A DNA stretch of 64,000 nt. It comes from a virus. Taxonomy: Duplodnaviria > Caudoviricetes. The DNA is taken from IMG/VR virus record IMGVR_UViG_3300036958_000855, positions 19,652-83,651 of that record; one strand, written 5' to 3'. A model generated the notes under the pieces. It ran no database searches, was not told the DNA's origin, and saw nothing but the letters and a program-made list of their open reading frames with translations. A program made the position numbers and the translations under genes. How positions within the stretch are numbered: the stretch's first letter is position 1; every line of letters starts with the position of its first letter. Shown here piece by piece: positions 18,370 through 27,579 of this stretch.

Positions 18370-19526
18370 GCTGCACCCAGCATCGGTGGGCGTACGAACA
18401 TCGCCAACAGCGTGTCCACGTCGGCGTCGCCCGTGAACGCGCCTTTCAGGTGGTTAGGCTCCAGCGTGTAGCTCTGGTCGCGCGTCTTCTCGCTCGTCAG
18501 ACGGTGGCGTTTGATGGTGTCGTCGCGTGCCTCCCCGCACGCACTCCCCGCAAGCGTCGGAAGCTCTCGCATGACCAGAAGTTGGCAAGCGCGCCGGATG
18601 AGGTCCGGCGTCTGGCCGAATGGCGTGCCATCCGCGTCCGTATAGCCGAACACGCCGATGAGTCCGACGTTCCGTTGCCCGCGAGGGAACACGAGCTGGC
18701 TGAACTCGAACGGGCGTCGTCGCACTTCGACCTCGCCGGGGTGGTACAGCTCGATGCGCGGGTTGTTGCGGTCGTCTGGCTGGAACAGACCAGATAGGTG
18801 CCGATTGTAGGCGCGGTAGAGCGTGCTTTCGATGGAGTATGTCTCGGGGTGCAGGTACGTGAGGCTCATCTGCAACGACTCGATTGCGATGAGTGGCATG
18901 TTGAGCAGCAACGCGGAGTTGCCGTGACCATCGAGCTTGAGCGCTAGGTAGCGCGGCTCGAAGAACCTCCCCGTGATGCGTTCGATGTATCGGGATGCCC
19001 GCTGGATTGCGAGCAAGATGCGCTCGTCGGACGCGCTCTCCTTCGTCACACCCTCAAGGCGCATGTCGGCAAGCGCGCAGTAGAACGGGCCAGCGAACGT
19101 GCCAGGAAGCGATACAACCTCGAACTGCTGGCTCACCTCAACGACCGGAGAGTCGGCGAAGAGCTTCCACGACCACCGCACCTCGTGCAGGCCGATAGGC
19201 TCCGTGGCAGAGCACGCCCAGCTCGCCGCGTATCGCCCAACCCCAAGCCTGTCGGCGCCCGCTGTGTCCACCGTCTGCTTCTGCCCAGGAGTCGTCGGGT
19301 ACACTTGCACGGGCGCGAGCTGCTTTGCCTCGGTCGAGAGGTCGAATATCTGGAACTTCAGCTCGTGCAAGTCAAAGAGCGTGCCTCCCCCAGGGTCCGT
19401 GGCGCTTGCCCGCCCGGTGTTATCCTGCGCGTAGAACACGAGCACCGGGTTGGTCGCTCCGATGGTCTGGCCTCGTCCAATGGGCTTCATGCGCCAAGTT
19501 TCCCACGTCAAGCGGGTTTGAAGCAA
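18366..19526 (-). CDS. Head-tail connector protein with N-terminal extra domain
   Basis: FYCALADMR...ERILLAIQRASRYIERITGRFF and TPDLIRRACQLL...EKTRDQSY; the true start may be MKPIGRG at 19490. Confidence 0.7.
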   Translation of the reverse strand: MLQTRLTWETWRMKPIGRGQTIGATNPVLVFYAQDNTGRASATDPGGGTLFDLHELKFQIFDLSTEAKQLAPVQVYPTTPGQKQTVDTAGADRLGVGRYAASWACSATEPIGLHEVRWSWKLFADSPVVEVSQQFEVVSLPGTFAGPFYCALADMRLEGVTKESASDERILLAIQRASRYIERITGRFFEPRYLALKLDGHGNSALLLNMPLIAIESLQMSLTYLHPETYSIESTLYRAYNRHLSGLFQPDDRNNPRIELYHPGEVEVRRRPFEFSQLVFPRGQRNVGLIGVFGYTDADGTPFGQTPDLIRRACQLLVMRELPTLAGSACGEARDDTIKRHRLTSEKTRDQSYTLEPNHLKGAFTGDADVDTLLAMFVRPPMLGAA

Positions 19527-20065
19527 CGTGCAACGACACGCCCAGCTACGGTTGGGCCATCGGCGCCTCCAGCGAACCCAGGTCCATCGACGGCGCCTTC
19601 TACAACCCCAAGTTGGTCGCGTACCTCTCCGCGTGCTTCGGCGCCAGACGCAACCTCGCCAACCAACGATGGTGCGCCGATGCTGCCACCCAGCTTCCGC
19701 ACGAAGTCGAGGTCAGTTTGGGTGCTCACAATGACCACGACATCGTGGTCGTCGCCCTGTACCTCTCCGCCGTCATCAACGTGGTACTCCGCGATGAGCA
19801 CCGTGCCAGCAGGCGCGCCGGGCACCACGGCAAGGTCGAGGTTGCGGTCGTACGTGCCGCGCTCACTTTCAGTCAACGTTGCGTACTTCTGCGTCCAGCC
19901 CGAGGTCTTGAACGAGTTGTCACCCCAGTCGAGGTACGAGCCCGCGGTGCTCCCGCGACGAATCGCCACGGTAGGCACGAGCCCCGAGATGCCACCCACC
20001 CCTTCCCTGTCGATGGTCAGGGTGAGTGGCACTCGGGTCCGTGCTTCAACGAGGAGAACGCTCAT
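19508..20065 (-). CDS. Hypothetical virion protein (185 aa)
   Basis: Coupled ORF in the head-neck cluster. Confidence 0.55.
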   Translation of the reverse strand: MSVLLVEARTRVPLTLTIDREGVGGISGLVPTVAIRRGSTAGSYLDWGDNSFKTSGWTQKYATLTESERGTYDRNLDLAVVPGAPAGTVLIAEYHVDDGGEVQGDDHDVVVIVSTQTDLDFVRKLGGSIGAPSLVGEVASGAEARGEVRDQLGVVEGAVDGPGFAGGADGPTVAGRVVARCFKPA

Positions 20066-20247
20066 GGCGCAACGAGCCTATCATACAGCCAAACGATGGA
20101 CGCAGCACTCAAGAGAACGCCTGCGCACGTGAGGGAGACGTTGCGCACCCGCTCAACCCACGTATCCGGGCGCAGGCGCACGACGGACTGGTGCAAGCGC
20201 GTCACCTCATCTGAGAGCGTGAGCATCGCCTGCGCCACGGATGCCAT
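20062..20247 (-). CDS. Small coiled-coil protein with a C-terminal transmembrane helix
   Basis: MASVAQAMLTLSDEVTRLHQSVVRL...VSLTCAGVLLSAASIVWLY; holin-like architecture, not proven. Confidence 0.5.
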   Translation of the reverse strand: MASVAQAMLTLSDEVTRLHQSVVRLRPDTWVERVRNVSLTCAGVLLSAASIVWLYDRLVAP

Positions 20248-20285
20248 GAGGCAGCCAGGACCTCCGCACGGGTGTGGTGAGCCGC

Positions 20286-21524
20286 TCAATGCGGCACCGC
20301 CACGAAGCGCACGGGGAAGGACGAACCTCCAGTCGGCATGAACTGCGCCCAAGGCGCTGGCGTTGCGCTCAGGTTGTAGCGCCCCTCCACAGCTCCCTTG
20401 GCGTTGTCCCCGGTGCTCCCAGATGCTGCCGGGATGAGGAACTTTCCGCCAGGAAGAAGCCCGGCGAGCGTCCAAGCCGCGCCTCCCCACTGTCCAGCGC
20501 GCGGGTTGATGAGGAACCCGATGTTCTGGCCGTCACTTGCGGACGTGGCGATGTGCATCCGGTAGAGCACTCCGTAGTTCCCAGCATTCGTCATCGCCGT
20601 CCCGTCTGTCACGTCCACGCCAACCGCGAACGCATCCGTCGCGGTGCCACCAGCGACAGGGAATTGCTGCACGCCAGCAGCCGTGTCGATGATGACGCCA
20701 CTCGCCGTGTCATACACCTTGTCGGCGTAGGGGAACGTCCCGCGCTTGTGCGTGTCGCGGGCGAGCACGGCGAGCGTCGGGCATACCGTGAGCGGCGCGT
20801 CGTTCGTGGCGAGAATGCAGATGGTGACCTGGTGCGTCTGGCCGAAGCTGTAGTCCCAGATGCCATGCAGCAGGTTGCCGGTGTTCACGTCCGTCACGTC
20901 GAACGTCGTGTCGAGCCGCACCGTGGCGCCCGCGGCAACGTTCACGGGTGTTGCCGCAGCAGCGTTGAGCCAGCGCTCGAAGGCGAGCTTGCCTGCGTAG
21001 AGGAACGATGTGGTCGGGCCAGCCGTGCCGCGTCGTTGCACCGTGAGCGTGCCCGCGCTTGCCGACGTGTTCTTGAGCAACACGGTGAAGCGCGACTTCG
21101 CAGAGCGCCCGTTCACGTGATACGCGAACACGCGGTTGTAGTCGGAACCGCTTGTCGCGGGCAACGTGCCGTCCTCGTAGAGCTTGCCGCGGTCAGTCGG
21201 CGTCTCTGGCGAGTCGCTGAAGATGAGCTTTCCACCTGCCCATGTCTCCGTCATTGTGACTTCCGGGCACGTGAGGGGATTGAGCCCGGACAAGCTGATG
21301 ACCGCGGCTTGCGACGCAGCGGTGAGGTCCGTGTCGAGCTGCGCGGGCGTCGGGCACTGCGCCACGCCAGCACGTGTTTCGGAAGCCGTTGGAGCTGCGG
21401 GCGCTGAAGCCTCTGGCGTCGCAACGTCGGGCAACGTCGGCGCGGGAGCCGCGTTCACGCACGGCGCGGGCGAGCGGGTGCACGCAGCGAGCAACACGAA
21501 CATCAACAGAGCAAGCTTCTTCAT
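20286..21524 (-). CDS. Predicted lipoprotein (412 aa)
   Basis: MKKLALLMFVLLAAC: basic N-terminus, hydrophobic core, LAAC lipobox; Pro/Ala tether then a beta-rich domain. Confidence 0.75.
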   Translation of the reverse strand: MKKLALLMFVLLAACTRSPAPCVNAAPAPTLPDVATPEASAPAAPTASETRAGVAQCPTPAQLDTDLTAASQAAVISLSGLNPLTCPEVTMTETWAGGKLIFSDSPETPTDRGKLYEDGTLPATSGSDYNRVFAYHVNGRSAKSRFTVLLKNTSASAGTLTVQRRGTAGPTTSFLYAGKLAFERWLNAAAATPVNVAAGATVRLDTTFDVTDVNTGNLLHGIWDYSFGQTHQVTICILATNDAPLTVCPTLAVLARDTHKRGTFPYADKVYDTASGVIIDTAAGVQQFPVAGGTATDAFAVGVDVTDGTAMTNAGNYGVLYRMHIATSASDGQNIGFLINPRAGQWGGAAWTLAGLLPGGKFLIPAASGSTGDNAKGAVEGRYNLSATPAPWAQFMPTGGSSFPVRFVAVPH

Positions 21525-21527
21525 GAG

Positions 21528-22145
21528 TCACATCTCCCAGCACAGCAGTTCGCCTCGTACCGTTGTCGAGGACGTTTGGTTCGGAATCATCGTCGCGCGG
21601 ATGTACGCTTTCTCTGCGTACGGAACCGCCACGAGACGCCGGTCGAAGATGAGTAGTCCTGGTGGCGTTGCGATGCCCATCAGGTTCACCAAGTCCCAAT
21701 GCTCATCCACGATGTTCACGCCATACGTGGAGCGCCCCATGAGCTTGAGCTTCACTTCGTCGTCGGAGCTAGCTCCCCACCCATAGACGTACCCAGACTT
21801 GCCAGCGGGCACGTAGTGGTGGCAGAGGAAGGCGTCGAACGTACCGACACCGATGCCAGTCACCTCCGTGGCGCCACCGCCCGTGCCGTCGTAGAGCACG
21901 ATGGCGCCAGCGGCTGCCGCGCCCTCGATGACGTGGAACTTCTCGATGAAGCGTATGTCGCTCGCGACCGTGTTGACTTTGCTCGTGCCGTTGAGCGTCA
22001 CGTCCTCGGTCTTCGCCACGTACGCGCTCGTGAGGTAGTGGATGCGCACCTTCTTGGCGCCCGTGCCAGCGGGCGCGTCCTGCGCAGAGCTGGACGCAAC
22101 GGAGCGTTGCGCTTGCCCGCTTTGCTCCACATAGGTGCGCGCCAC
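21528..22145 (-). CDS. Hypothetical virion protein (205 aa)
   Basis: ORF with phage-like codon usage in the head accessory cluster. Confidence 0.55.
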   Translation of the reverse strand: MARTYVEQSGQAQRSVASSSAQDAPAGTGAKKVRIHYLTSAYVAKTEDVTLNGTSKVNTVASDIRFIEKFHVIEGAAAAGAIVLYDGTGGGATEVTGIGVGTFDAFLCHHYVPAGKSGYVYGWGASSDDEVKLKLMGRSTYGVNIVDEHWDLVNLMGIATPPGLLIFDRRLVAVPYAEKAYIRATMIPNQTSSTTVRGELLCWEM

Positions 22146-22159
22146 GGCTCACCCCTTTC

Positions 22160-22498
22160 TCACGTGAACTTGGGTCGTACCGTAAGCCTCGCAGGGGTTG
22201 CCACAAGCTCGCCTCCAGGCACGGTCAAGCGTGGCTCCAAAACGAGTTCATCTGGGTCTGGCACATCGCTGGGTGCGAAGACGTGCGTGAGCCTACATGC
22301 CGTTGCGGTCTGGTCCGACACCACGCACGCCCAGGTTGCGATTGAGCCGTCCCCGCGCTGCACCTCGAAGTGCGCCGCGGTCACGGCTGTCAAGTCGAAG
22401 TCAGGGTCATCCGTGGTCATGTCGTAGCGGACCACGTATGGCGCAGTGGCTCCAGCGTGAATCGAGCTGCGGTTGGAAGAGGAAGTGCACGTTGCCAC
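22160..22498 (-). CDS. Small beta-sandwich protein, possibly BppU N-terminal-like
   Basis: DLTAVTAAHFEVQRGDG...LTHVFAPSDV...LEPRLTVPGG resembles BppU-N; start uncertain. Confidence 0.45.
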   Translation of the reverse strand: MATCTSSSNRSSIHAGATAPYVVRYDMTTDDPDFDLTAVTAAHFEVQRGDGSIATWACVVSDQTATACRLTHVFAPSDVPDPDELVLEPRLTVPGGELVATPARLTVRPKFT

Positions 22499-22547
22499 AG
22501 CCAGAGCTTACACCACTCTTGCGTGGCAGGGCCAGCGAGGGGGAGAG

Positions 22548-23003
22548 CTATCGGCGACGTCCACGCTTGGGCGCACCGGGCACCGCGACTGGCGCTGGTG
22601 TCGCCGCAACTTCCGCGGCGAGGTCTTCGGATTCGAGGTCTGCTTCGTTGCCGGGCAGGTCCGCTGTCGTCACGACGTCTTCACGTGCGGCACGCCTCGC
22701 CGCATCCCGCGCTTGCGCCACGGACGGGTGATGGATGCGAAGCGGAGCGGTCGCAGATGCCTTCTCCACCTGCTTCCGTTCCGCGTCTTCAAGAGCCTGC
22801 GCTTCCTCCCGCGTGCACACGTCGAACGCCAGCGGAGCGTTGCCGTCGTACTGCGAGTTCCGAATCGTGGCGAGGTATGCTGCGTCCGCGTCGGACACCT
22901 CATACCAACCCGCGGTTTCGCGGAACACGGTGCCGTGAAGCACGTAGGTGCGTAGCTTGAACCCTTTCTTGGGGTTGTACGGCTTGATGCGGACGACCTT
23001 CAT
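22548..23003 (-). CDS. Hypothetical protein (151 aa)
   Basis: Clear ORF after the capsid decoration genes. Confidence 0.6.
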   Translation of the reverse strand: MKVVRIKPYNPKKGFKLRTYVLHGTVFRETAGWYEVSDADAAYLATIRNSQYDGNAPLAFDVCTREEAQALEDAERKQVEKASATAPLRIHHPSVAQARDAARRAAREDVVTTADLPGNEADLESEDLAAEVAATPAPVAVPGAPKRGRRR

Positions 23004-23040
23004 GTGACTCCTTTCCCAGCGCGTGACTGCTGGTGGCGCG

Positions 23041-23337
23041 CTACGCCTTCGTGGTCTTCAGCGTGTAGGCGCCCGGTAGTGCTGCGCGAAGCGCGGCTTG
23101 GTCCGCCTTGAGAGCGTTGACGAACGTGCGCAAGAGCGCCATCTCGGCAGCGCTGGGCGGGTCGGTGAACGCGGCGATGTCGGCGCCAACCGTGGCTGCC
23201 GTAGGCACGCCTACCTGCACGCCAGCGAGGTCGTCGGCGATGTCACGAAGCGCATCTGCCAACGTTGGCTGGCCTTGGTTCCCTCCGGGCGCGAGGTTCG
23301 CGCCACCGGAGCCGAAGCGGATGGTGATGGCTGCCAT
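23041..23337 (-). CDS. Putative head decoration/fibre protein
   Basis: Short Ala-rich protein near the capsid gene; GGAGG RBS. Confidence 0.5.
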   Translation of the reverse strand: MAAITIRFGSGGANLAPGGNQGQPTLADALRDIADDLAGVQVGVPTAATVGADIAAFTDPPSAAEMALLRTFVNALKADQAALRAALPGAYTLKTTKA

Positions 23338-23347
23338 GCTCGCCTCC

Positions 23348-23689
23348 TTACCTGCTCACCACGAGCACGTTGAAGGTGATGGCGCTCAGGTCCGCGGCAG
23401 AGGTGACCTCGATGAGAGGCCCGTCTGCTCCGCCGTCGTTGTTGGCGAAGTAGACCTTGAGCTTGTCGTTGGTCTTGTCGTAGCACGGGACGTAGCCTCC
23501 GCAGTCCTGCGGAATGACGGCCAGAATCTCGCGCGCCGACTTGACCTTCGTGCGAAAGGTCGTCTGGAACGCCGCGGTTCCCCCAGTGGGGTAGGCGCCA
23601 TCCCCAGCGAACGACACGAGGTCGAGAAAGACAGGGGGCTCTGCACCGGGCGCCGCGATGCTGCCCAAACTGAGGGTTCCGATTGCCAT
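23348..23689 (-). CDS. Putative capsid decoration protein
   Basis: Directly follows the major capsid gene; GGAGG RBS. Confidence 0.55.
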   Translation of the reverse strand: MAIGTLSLGSIAAPGAEPPVFLDLVSFAGDGAYPTGGTAAFQTTFRTKVKSAREILAVIPQDCGGYVPCYDKTNDKLKVYFANNDGGADGPLIEVTSAADLSAITFNVLVVSR

Positions 23690-23741
23690 GGTTCAATCCT
23701 CCGGGCGCGCGTACGCGCCATGTCAGAGCCGCGCTTCCGCG

Positions 23742-24704
23742 CTAGCTGACCTTCACGTTGATGCACTTCGCGACCGCGTTCTCCTCCGCGTACTTCGTGT
23801 CGAATCGCAGGGTCACGACGATGATGAGCACGCCGTCCGACACGAGCTTGTCCGTCTCGATTCGGATGTTGCGCCAGATGCCGACGTTGATGTTCTTGGG
23901 GTCGGTGAGGAGGATGTCGGTGCAGTTGGACCCGACGCCGAGGTTCTCGGGGAACATCGGCACGTCCACGACCGGGATGCCGGTGTATGACACCTCGCCC
24001 TGCTCCTGGAGCCACGCATCGCCACCAGGAGTGCCGCGGTCGGCAAGCGCGTCGCGGTAGTTGATCTCCGAGTTGACGCTCGTGAGGAACCGCAGCGCTG
24101 CCTTGTCACGCAAGAACTCGTTCGGCACGACCTTCATGAGGTCGCGGAACAGCGACTTGTTGGTGGTCTGGAGCGCGGCATCCACGACATGCGACGAGGC
24201 CTGCGCGAGAATGCCGTCGAACTTCGCGAGGAACGGGTCGCCGCTGGTGGTGTCGCCGTTGATGACGACCTCCTCCATGTCACGGCTGACCGCCTCCGCC
24301 ATCATCGACATGATGGTCTGGCGCAGTTCCTCACGCTCGATGGAGTCTTCGAGCACCTCGTTGTCCAAGCGCACCTCGCCCTTGAAGAGCTGCGCATCCA
24401 GCTCGACCTTCCCAAGGTCCGGCTTGGCGCGGTCACCCGCGGGCAGCGCCGTCGCCTCCACCCCGGCGCGCAAGATGCGCCCGCCGAAGCGAATCTTCTC
24501 GATGAGCTGCTTGGGCGCGCGCATCGGAACGACGGTGCTCATGCCGAGCACCTTCGACGCCTTGATGAGAATCCTCATGAACTTGGCTGCCTGCGCTGGC
24601 TGGAGCAGTCCGCCCGAAGTCGTCAGGTCGGACAGCGCGAGGTCGGCCTTCTCCAAGAGGGACCTGTTGTCTGTGAGTCCAGTGGTCATCGTGCTCTCCT
24701 TCAA
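23742..24704 (-). CDS. Major capsid protein (HK97 fold, P2/XkdG-like)
   Basis: GGLLQPAQAAKFMR...KIRFGGRILRAG...EVLEDSIEREEL...EEVVINGD...LTDPKNINVGIWRNIRIE. Confidence 0.9.
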   Translation of the reverse strand: MKESTMTTGLTDNRSLLEKADLALSDLTTSGGLLQPAQAAKFMRILIKASKVLGMSTVVPMRAPKQLIEKIRFGGRILRAGVEATALPAGDRAKPDLGKVELDAQLFKGEVRLDNEVLEDSIEREELRQTIMSMMAEAVSRDMEEVVINGDTTSGDPFLAKFDGILAQASSHVVDAALQTTNKSLFRDLMKVVPNEFLRDKAALRFLTSVNSEINYRDALADRGTPGGDAWLQEQGEVSYTGIPVVDVPMFPENLGVGSNCTDILLTDPKNINVGIWRNIRIETDKLVSDGVLIIVVTLRFDTKYAEENAVAKCINVKVS

Positions 24705-25705
24705 CGTTCCTCGGGCTCGAAGAATGCGTCTTTGCCGAGTTCTGCTCGACGGAACGGGCGGTTCATGTCCAGAGGCCAGGATACCCGCTCGCTTTCAGGG
24801 TTGACAGACTTTTCGACCGGAATGCCGTTGCTCCGGTCGCGCTTGGCGCGGATGGCAGCGGCCTCCTCTGCCTGCTTCTTCAGCTCGGACTGGAGGTCGG
24901 TGACTTGCTTGGTGAGCTTGGCGACCTCCGCCTGCATGTCTGGCGTGACCGGCGGAGGCGGAGCGGGCGCCGGTCGTGCCTTCTCAGCGGCGAGGTCGGC
25001 TGCGGCTTGCGCGCTGTCGAGTTCGGCAAGCAGCGACGACAAGATGCTCAGCGCGTTCTTGAACCTCGCAAGGCGCTCCTTCGCCATGCGGGCTCCAAGC
25101 TTCTGCACCACGGTGCCCATCTGCTTCTCGAACTCCGCGCGTCGCACGACGCGCTGCGCGGCGAGCAGCTCCAAGCGCTTCCCGAGCCCCATGGTGACCG
25201 GAGGCGCGGGTGCAACAGCCGATGCTGGAGCGGGCGCGGTGGCGGGTGCGGCGCCGGGCGCGGGCGCCGCGGCAGCCGGTTGCTCCGACGCCTCCTCGAC
25301 TTCCGCACCCCCAAGCGCGGTCACTGCATCCTCGAAGCCACCCGCCACGGTCGCAAGCAGCTCGACGAGCGCCGTTGCGTCTTGTTCACCCGGCTCCTCG
25401 ACGACCTTCGCCTTCTTCACCATGGCAAGCGCGTCCTCGACCATCTTGAGTGCGCTCTCAACCACGCCCTGCAGCGCGCCTTGCGCGTCCTTGGTCAGCG
25501 CGATGTCCGCCTTGGGAGTGGGCTCTGGCGTGCCTCCCGCTGTGTATGTACCGTCCGATTGCTGCGTAACTTCTGCACCAGGAGGCATTGGCTCGCTCCT
25601 TTTCACGACGAGAAACTTTCGTCGGTTCGCTGCACGGTCCACGAGAGACACCTCTTCGACGAGCATGTCAACGAGGCGGGTCACCTTGTCATTCTCTGGA
25701 GGCAT
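24701..25705 (-). CDS. Scaffold-like protein carrying the protease EVSLVDRAAN strand
   Basis: N-terminal RLVDMLVEEVSLVDRAANRRKFLVVK, then Ala/Pro-rich and coiled-coil segments; upstream of the capsid gene. Confidence 0.7.
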   Translation of the reverse strand: MPPENDKVTRLVDMLVEEVSLVDRAANRRKFLVVKRSEPMPPGAEVTQQSDGTYTAGGTPEPTPKADIALTKDAQGALQGVVESALKMVEDALAMVKKAKVVEEPGEQDATALVELLATVAGGFEDAVTALGGAEVEEASEQPAAAAPAPGAAPATAPAPASAVAPAPPVTMGLGKRLELLAAQRVVRRAEFEKQMGTVVQKLGARMAKERLARFKNALSILSSLLAELDSAQAAADLAAEKARPAPAPPPPVTPDMQAEVAKLTKQVTDLQSELKKQAEEAAAIRAKRDRSNGIPVEKSVNPESERVSWPLDMNRPFRRAELGKDAFFEPEER

Positions 25706-25752
25706 CGTGCTCCCCCAAGTTTGCGTTGGTATGCGGCATCATGTCAACACGC

Positions 25753-27576
25753 TCACGTCGGTTGCGCTTGCGGCTCCGGCTTGCGGATGGCGGAGCCACC
25801 GATGCTAAACCCGGTCAGCGCCCCATCCTTTACCATCTTCCATAACTCGTCGTCGAGTACGCGCACGCCCATCAGCCAAGTGCCTGCCTTGAGCGGCACG
25901 CCCTCAACTTCCATGTCGCACGGGGTCACGTACGACTCCAGAATCTTCACCTTGTCGTTGACGCCCGCTTTGTGCATGAGCCCCATGGTGCGGAACTTCT
26001 CCATGAAGGTGTGCGCCGCGCCACGAATCTCTTCCACGCTGTAGATGTCGTTTTGCGCATCCACCGCTTCCGGTTCGAGGATGATGCCGAGCACGTAGCG
26101 CTCATCCGCCTTGATGATGCGCGATACGCCAGCATCCTTCTGCACCGGCTTCTTCTTGCCTCCGCCGCACCCCTTTTCCTCGTCGATGCGCTTCTGCGCC
26201 TCTTCGAGCAACTGGCGCGCCTTGTCCTGCAACTTCTTCTTGTCGTCGGCGCTCAAGCCGGGCGCGTTGCTTTGCGGGATGCGCGCGATGGCGTTTCGTG
26301 CGTGCGGCACGTCGAGGGCGCCGTCTGCATCCCGCACGGGGAAGTACCGCAACGACCGCGGTTTCGTTTTCCCGTCTTCGTCCTTGTCTCCGCCAGCGGC
26401 GATGTAGAGGAACGCCGAGTCCGGCAAGTCGTTGATGTACGCGGTAGTCCACACCGCCTTCTCGATGCCGTCGATGGTGTGGTCCGCAAGCTTCGCGGCG
26501 CACGCGACGCACACCATGGTGCGCTGGCTGTCCGCCTTGCTCGTCGCCACGTGCGTCGCCGGTTCCCCGCACGCGCATTCGACCCCGTGCATCGGCACGT
26601 CGGTATCGAGCCACCGGGCACCGGGCACCGCAACAGACGCGACGAAGATGCGCGACGGGTCGTCAAAGCCGTCAAGCTGGAACACGCGCCCGAGCTTGCC
26701 GAGCGCGGCTCGGGCGTCTGGCGTGTCCTCGTGCTCCAGAAGCCACTTCGTTGTCGGTTGTTCCCGGAGCAGTGCATCCACAACAGGCGACACGTCGCTT
26801 GTCGGCGACGAAAGCAGCATGAACGCCTTGGCGTCGTGCGCGTGCTCCTTGAGCACCGTCGCCCAATCGTCAGACAGCATCGGCTGCACGATTGCGTGAG
26901 TCGCTGCGATGGCAGACATGGCGCGCGCCACGTCGTGCCTCTTGTTCAGGTCCGCATCGGTCGGTTCGTACAAGAACAAGCGCTCGACGCACAAGCGTAT
27001 CGCCCCGTCCACAAGCTTCACGAGCCGGTCGTGGAACATGCCGCTCTTGACCAACTCGTTGCGTGTCACGACGGCCTGCGCCGCTGGTTGCGCCCAGAAG
27101 CGCAAGCGCACAGGAACGACACGCTCCAGCGACTTCGGCATCGCACTCATGCCCTCGGGTGGCATGATGCCCGCCTTGACCGCCTGTTTCGTCAATACGT
27201 ACGGCACGAGCGACTTCGCCATGGAGCTGACCCAACCATCGCCGCGTCGCTTCACAACGAGCACGCCGTTGGGACCGCCGCTCCCGCTGAGGAAGTATTC
27301 GTGGAAGTCCGCCGTCTGGGTGCCGTACTCAACGTTCGGTCCGGCATCTCCCTTCGACACGGGCTCGCACGGTGTCGCGTGCGTGCCCATCCCGAGCGCG
27401 TCACGTAGCGCCAACGGCAAGCGAGACGGCGCACGCATGAGGTCCATCTGCCACTCCACATCCTGGAGTCGCAGCTTCGCAACGGCGCCGTCGATGCACA
27501 ACACCGACTGCTCCGTGCGCGCCTCAACCTGAGCGGTGGGCGCGCTCACCGACTTGGCAACCTTGCGCCGCGCCAT
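25753..27576 (-). CDS. Multidomain prohead protease, XkdF-like (607 aa)
   Basis: C-terminal ERYVLGIILEPEAVDAQND...MHK...ESYVTP...KAGTWLMG...TGFSIGG; central WTTAYINDLPDSAF domain. Confidence 0.8.
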   Translation of the reverse strand: MARRKVAKSVSAPTAQVEARTEQSVLCIDGAVAKLRLQDVEWQMDLMRAPSRLPLALRDALGMGTHATPCEPVSKGDAGPNVEYGTQTADFHEYFLSGSGGPNGVLVVKRRGDGWVSSMAKSLVPYVLTKQAVKAGIMPPEGMSAMPKSLERVVPVRLRFWAQPAAQAVVTRNELVKSGMFHDRLVKLVDGAIRLCVERLFLYEPTDADLNKRHDVARAMSAIAATHAIVQPMLSDDWATVLKEHAHDAKAFMLLSSPTSDVSPVVDALLREQPTTKWLLEHEDTPDARAALGKLGRVFQLDGFDDPSRIFVASVAVPGARWLDTDVPMHGVECACGEPATHVATSKADSQRTMVCVACAAKLADHTIDGIEKAVWTTAYINDLPDSAFLYIAAGGDKDEDGKTKPRSLRYFPVRDADGALDVPHARNAIARIPQSNAPGLSADDKKKLQDKARQLLEEAQKRIDEEKGCGGGKKKPVQKDAGVSRIIKADERYVLGIILEPEAVDAQNDIYSVEEIRGAAHTFMEKFRTMGLMHKAGVNDKVKILESYVTPCDMEVEGVPLKAGTWLMGVRVLDDELWKMVKDGALTGFSIGGSAIRKPEPQAQPT

Positions 27577-27579
27577 GGT

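Noticed and set aside
25706-25752. Readthrough or frameshift joining protease and scaffold; TTGACA promoter at 25742-25747
   Set aside because: Stops in both relevant frames; the TTGACA has no convincing -10 at 16-18 nt
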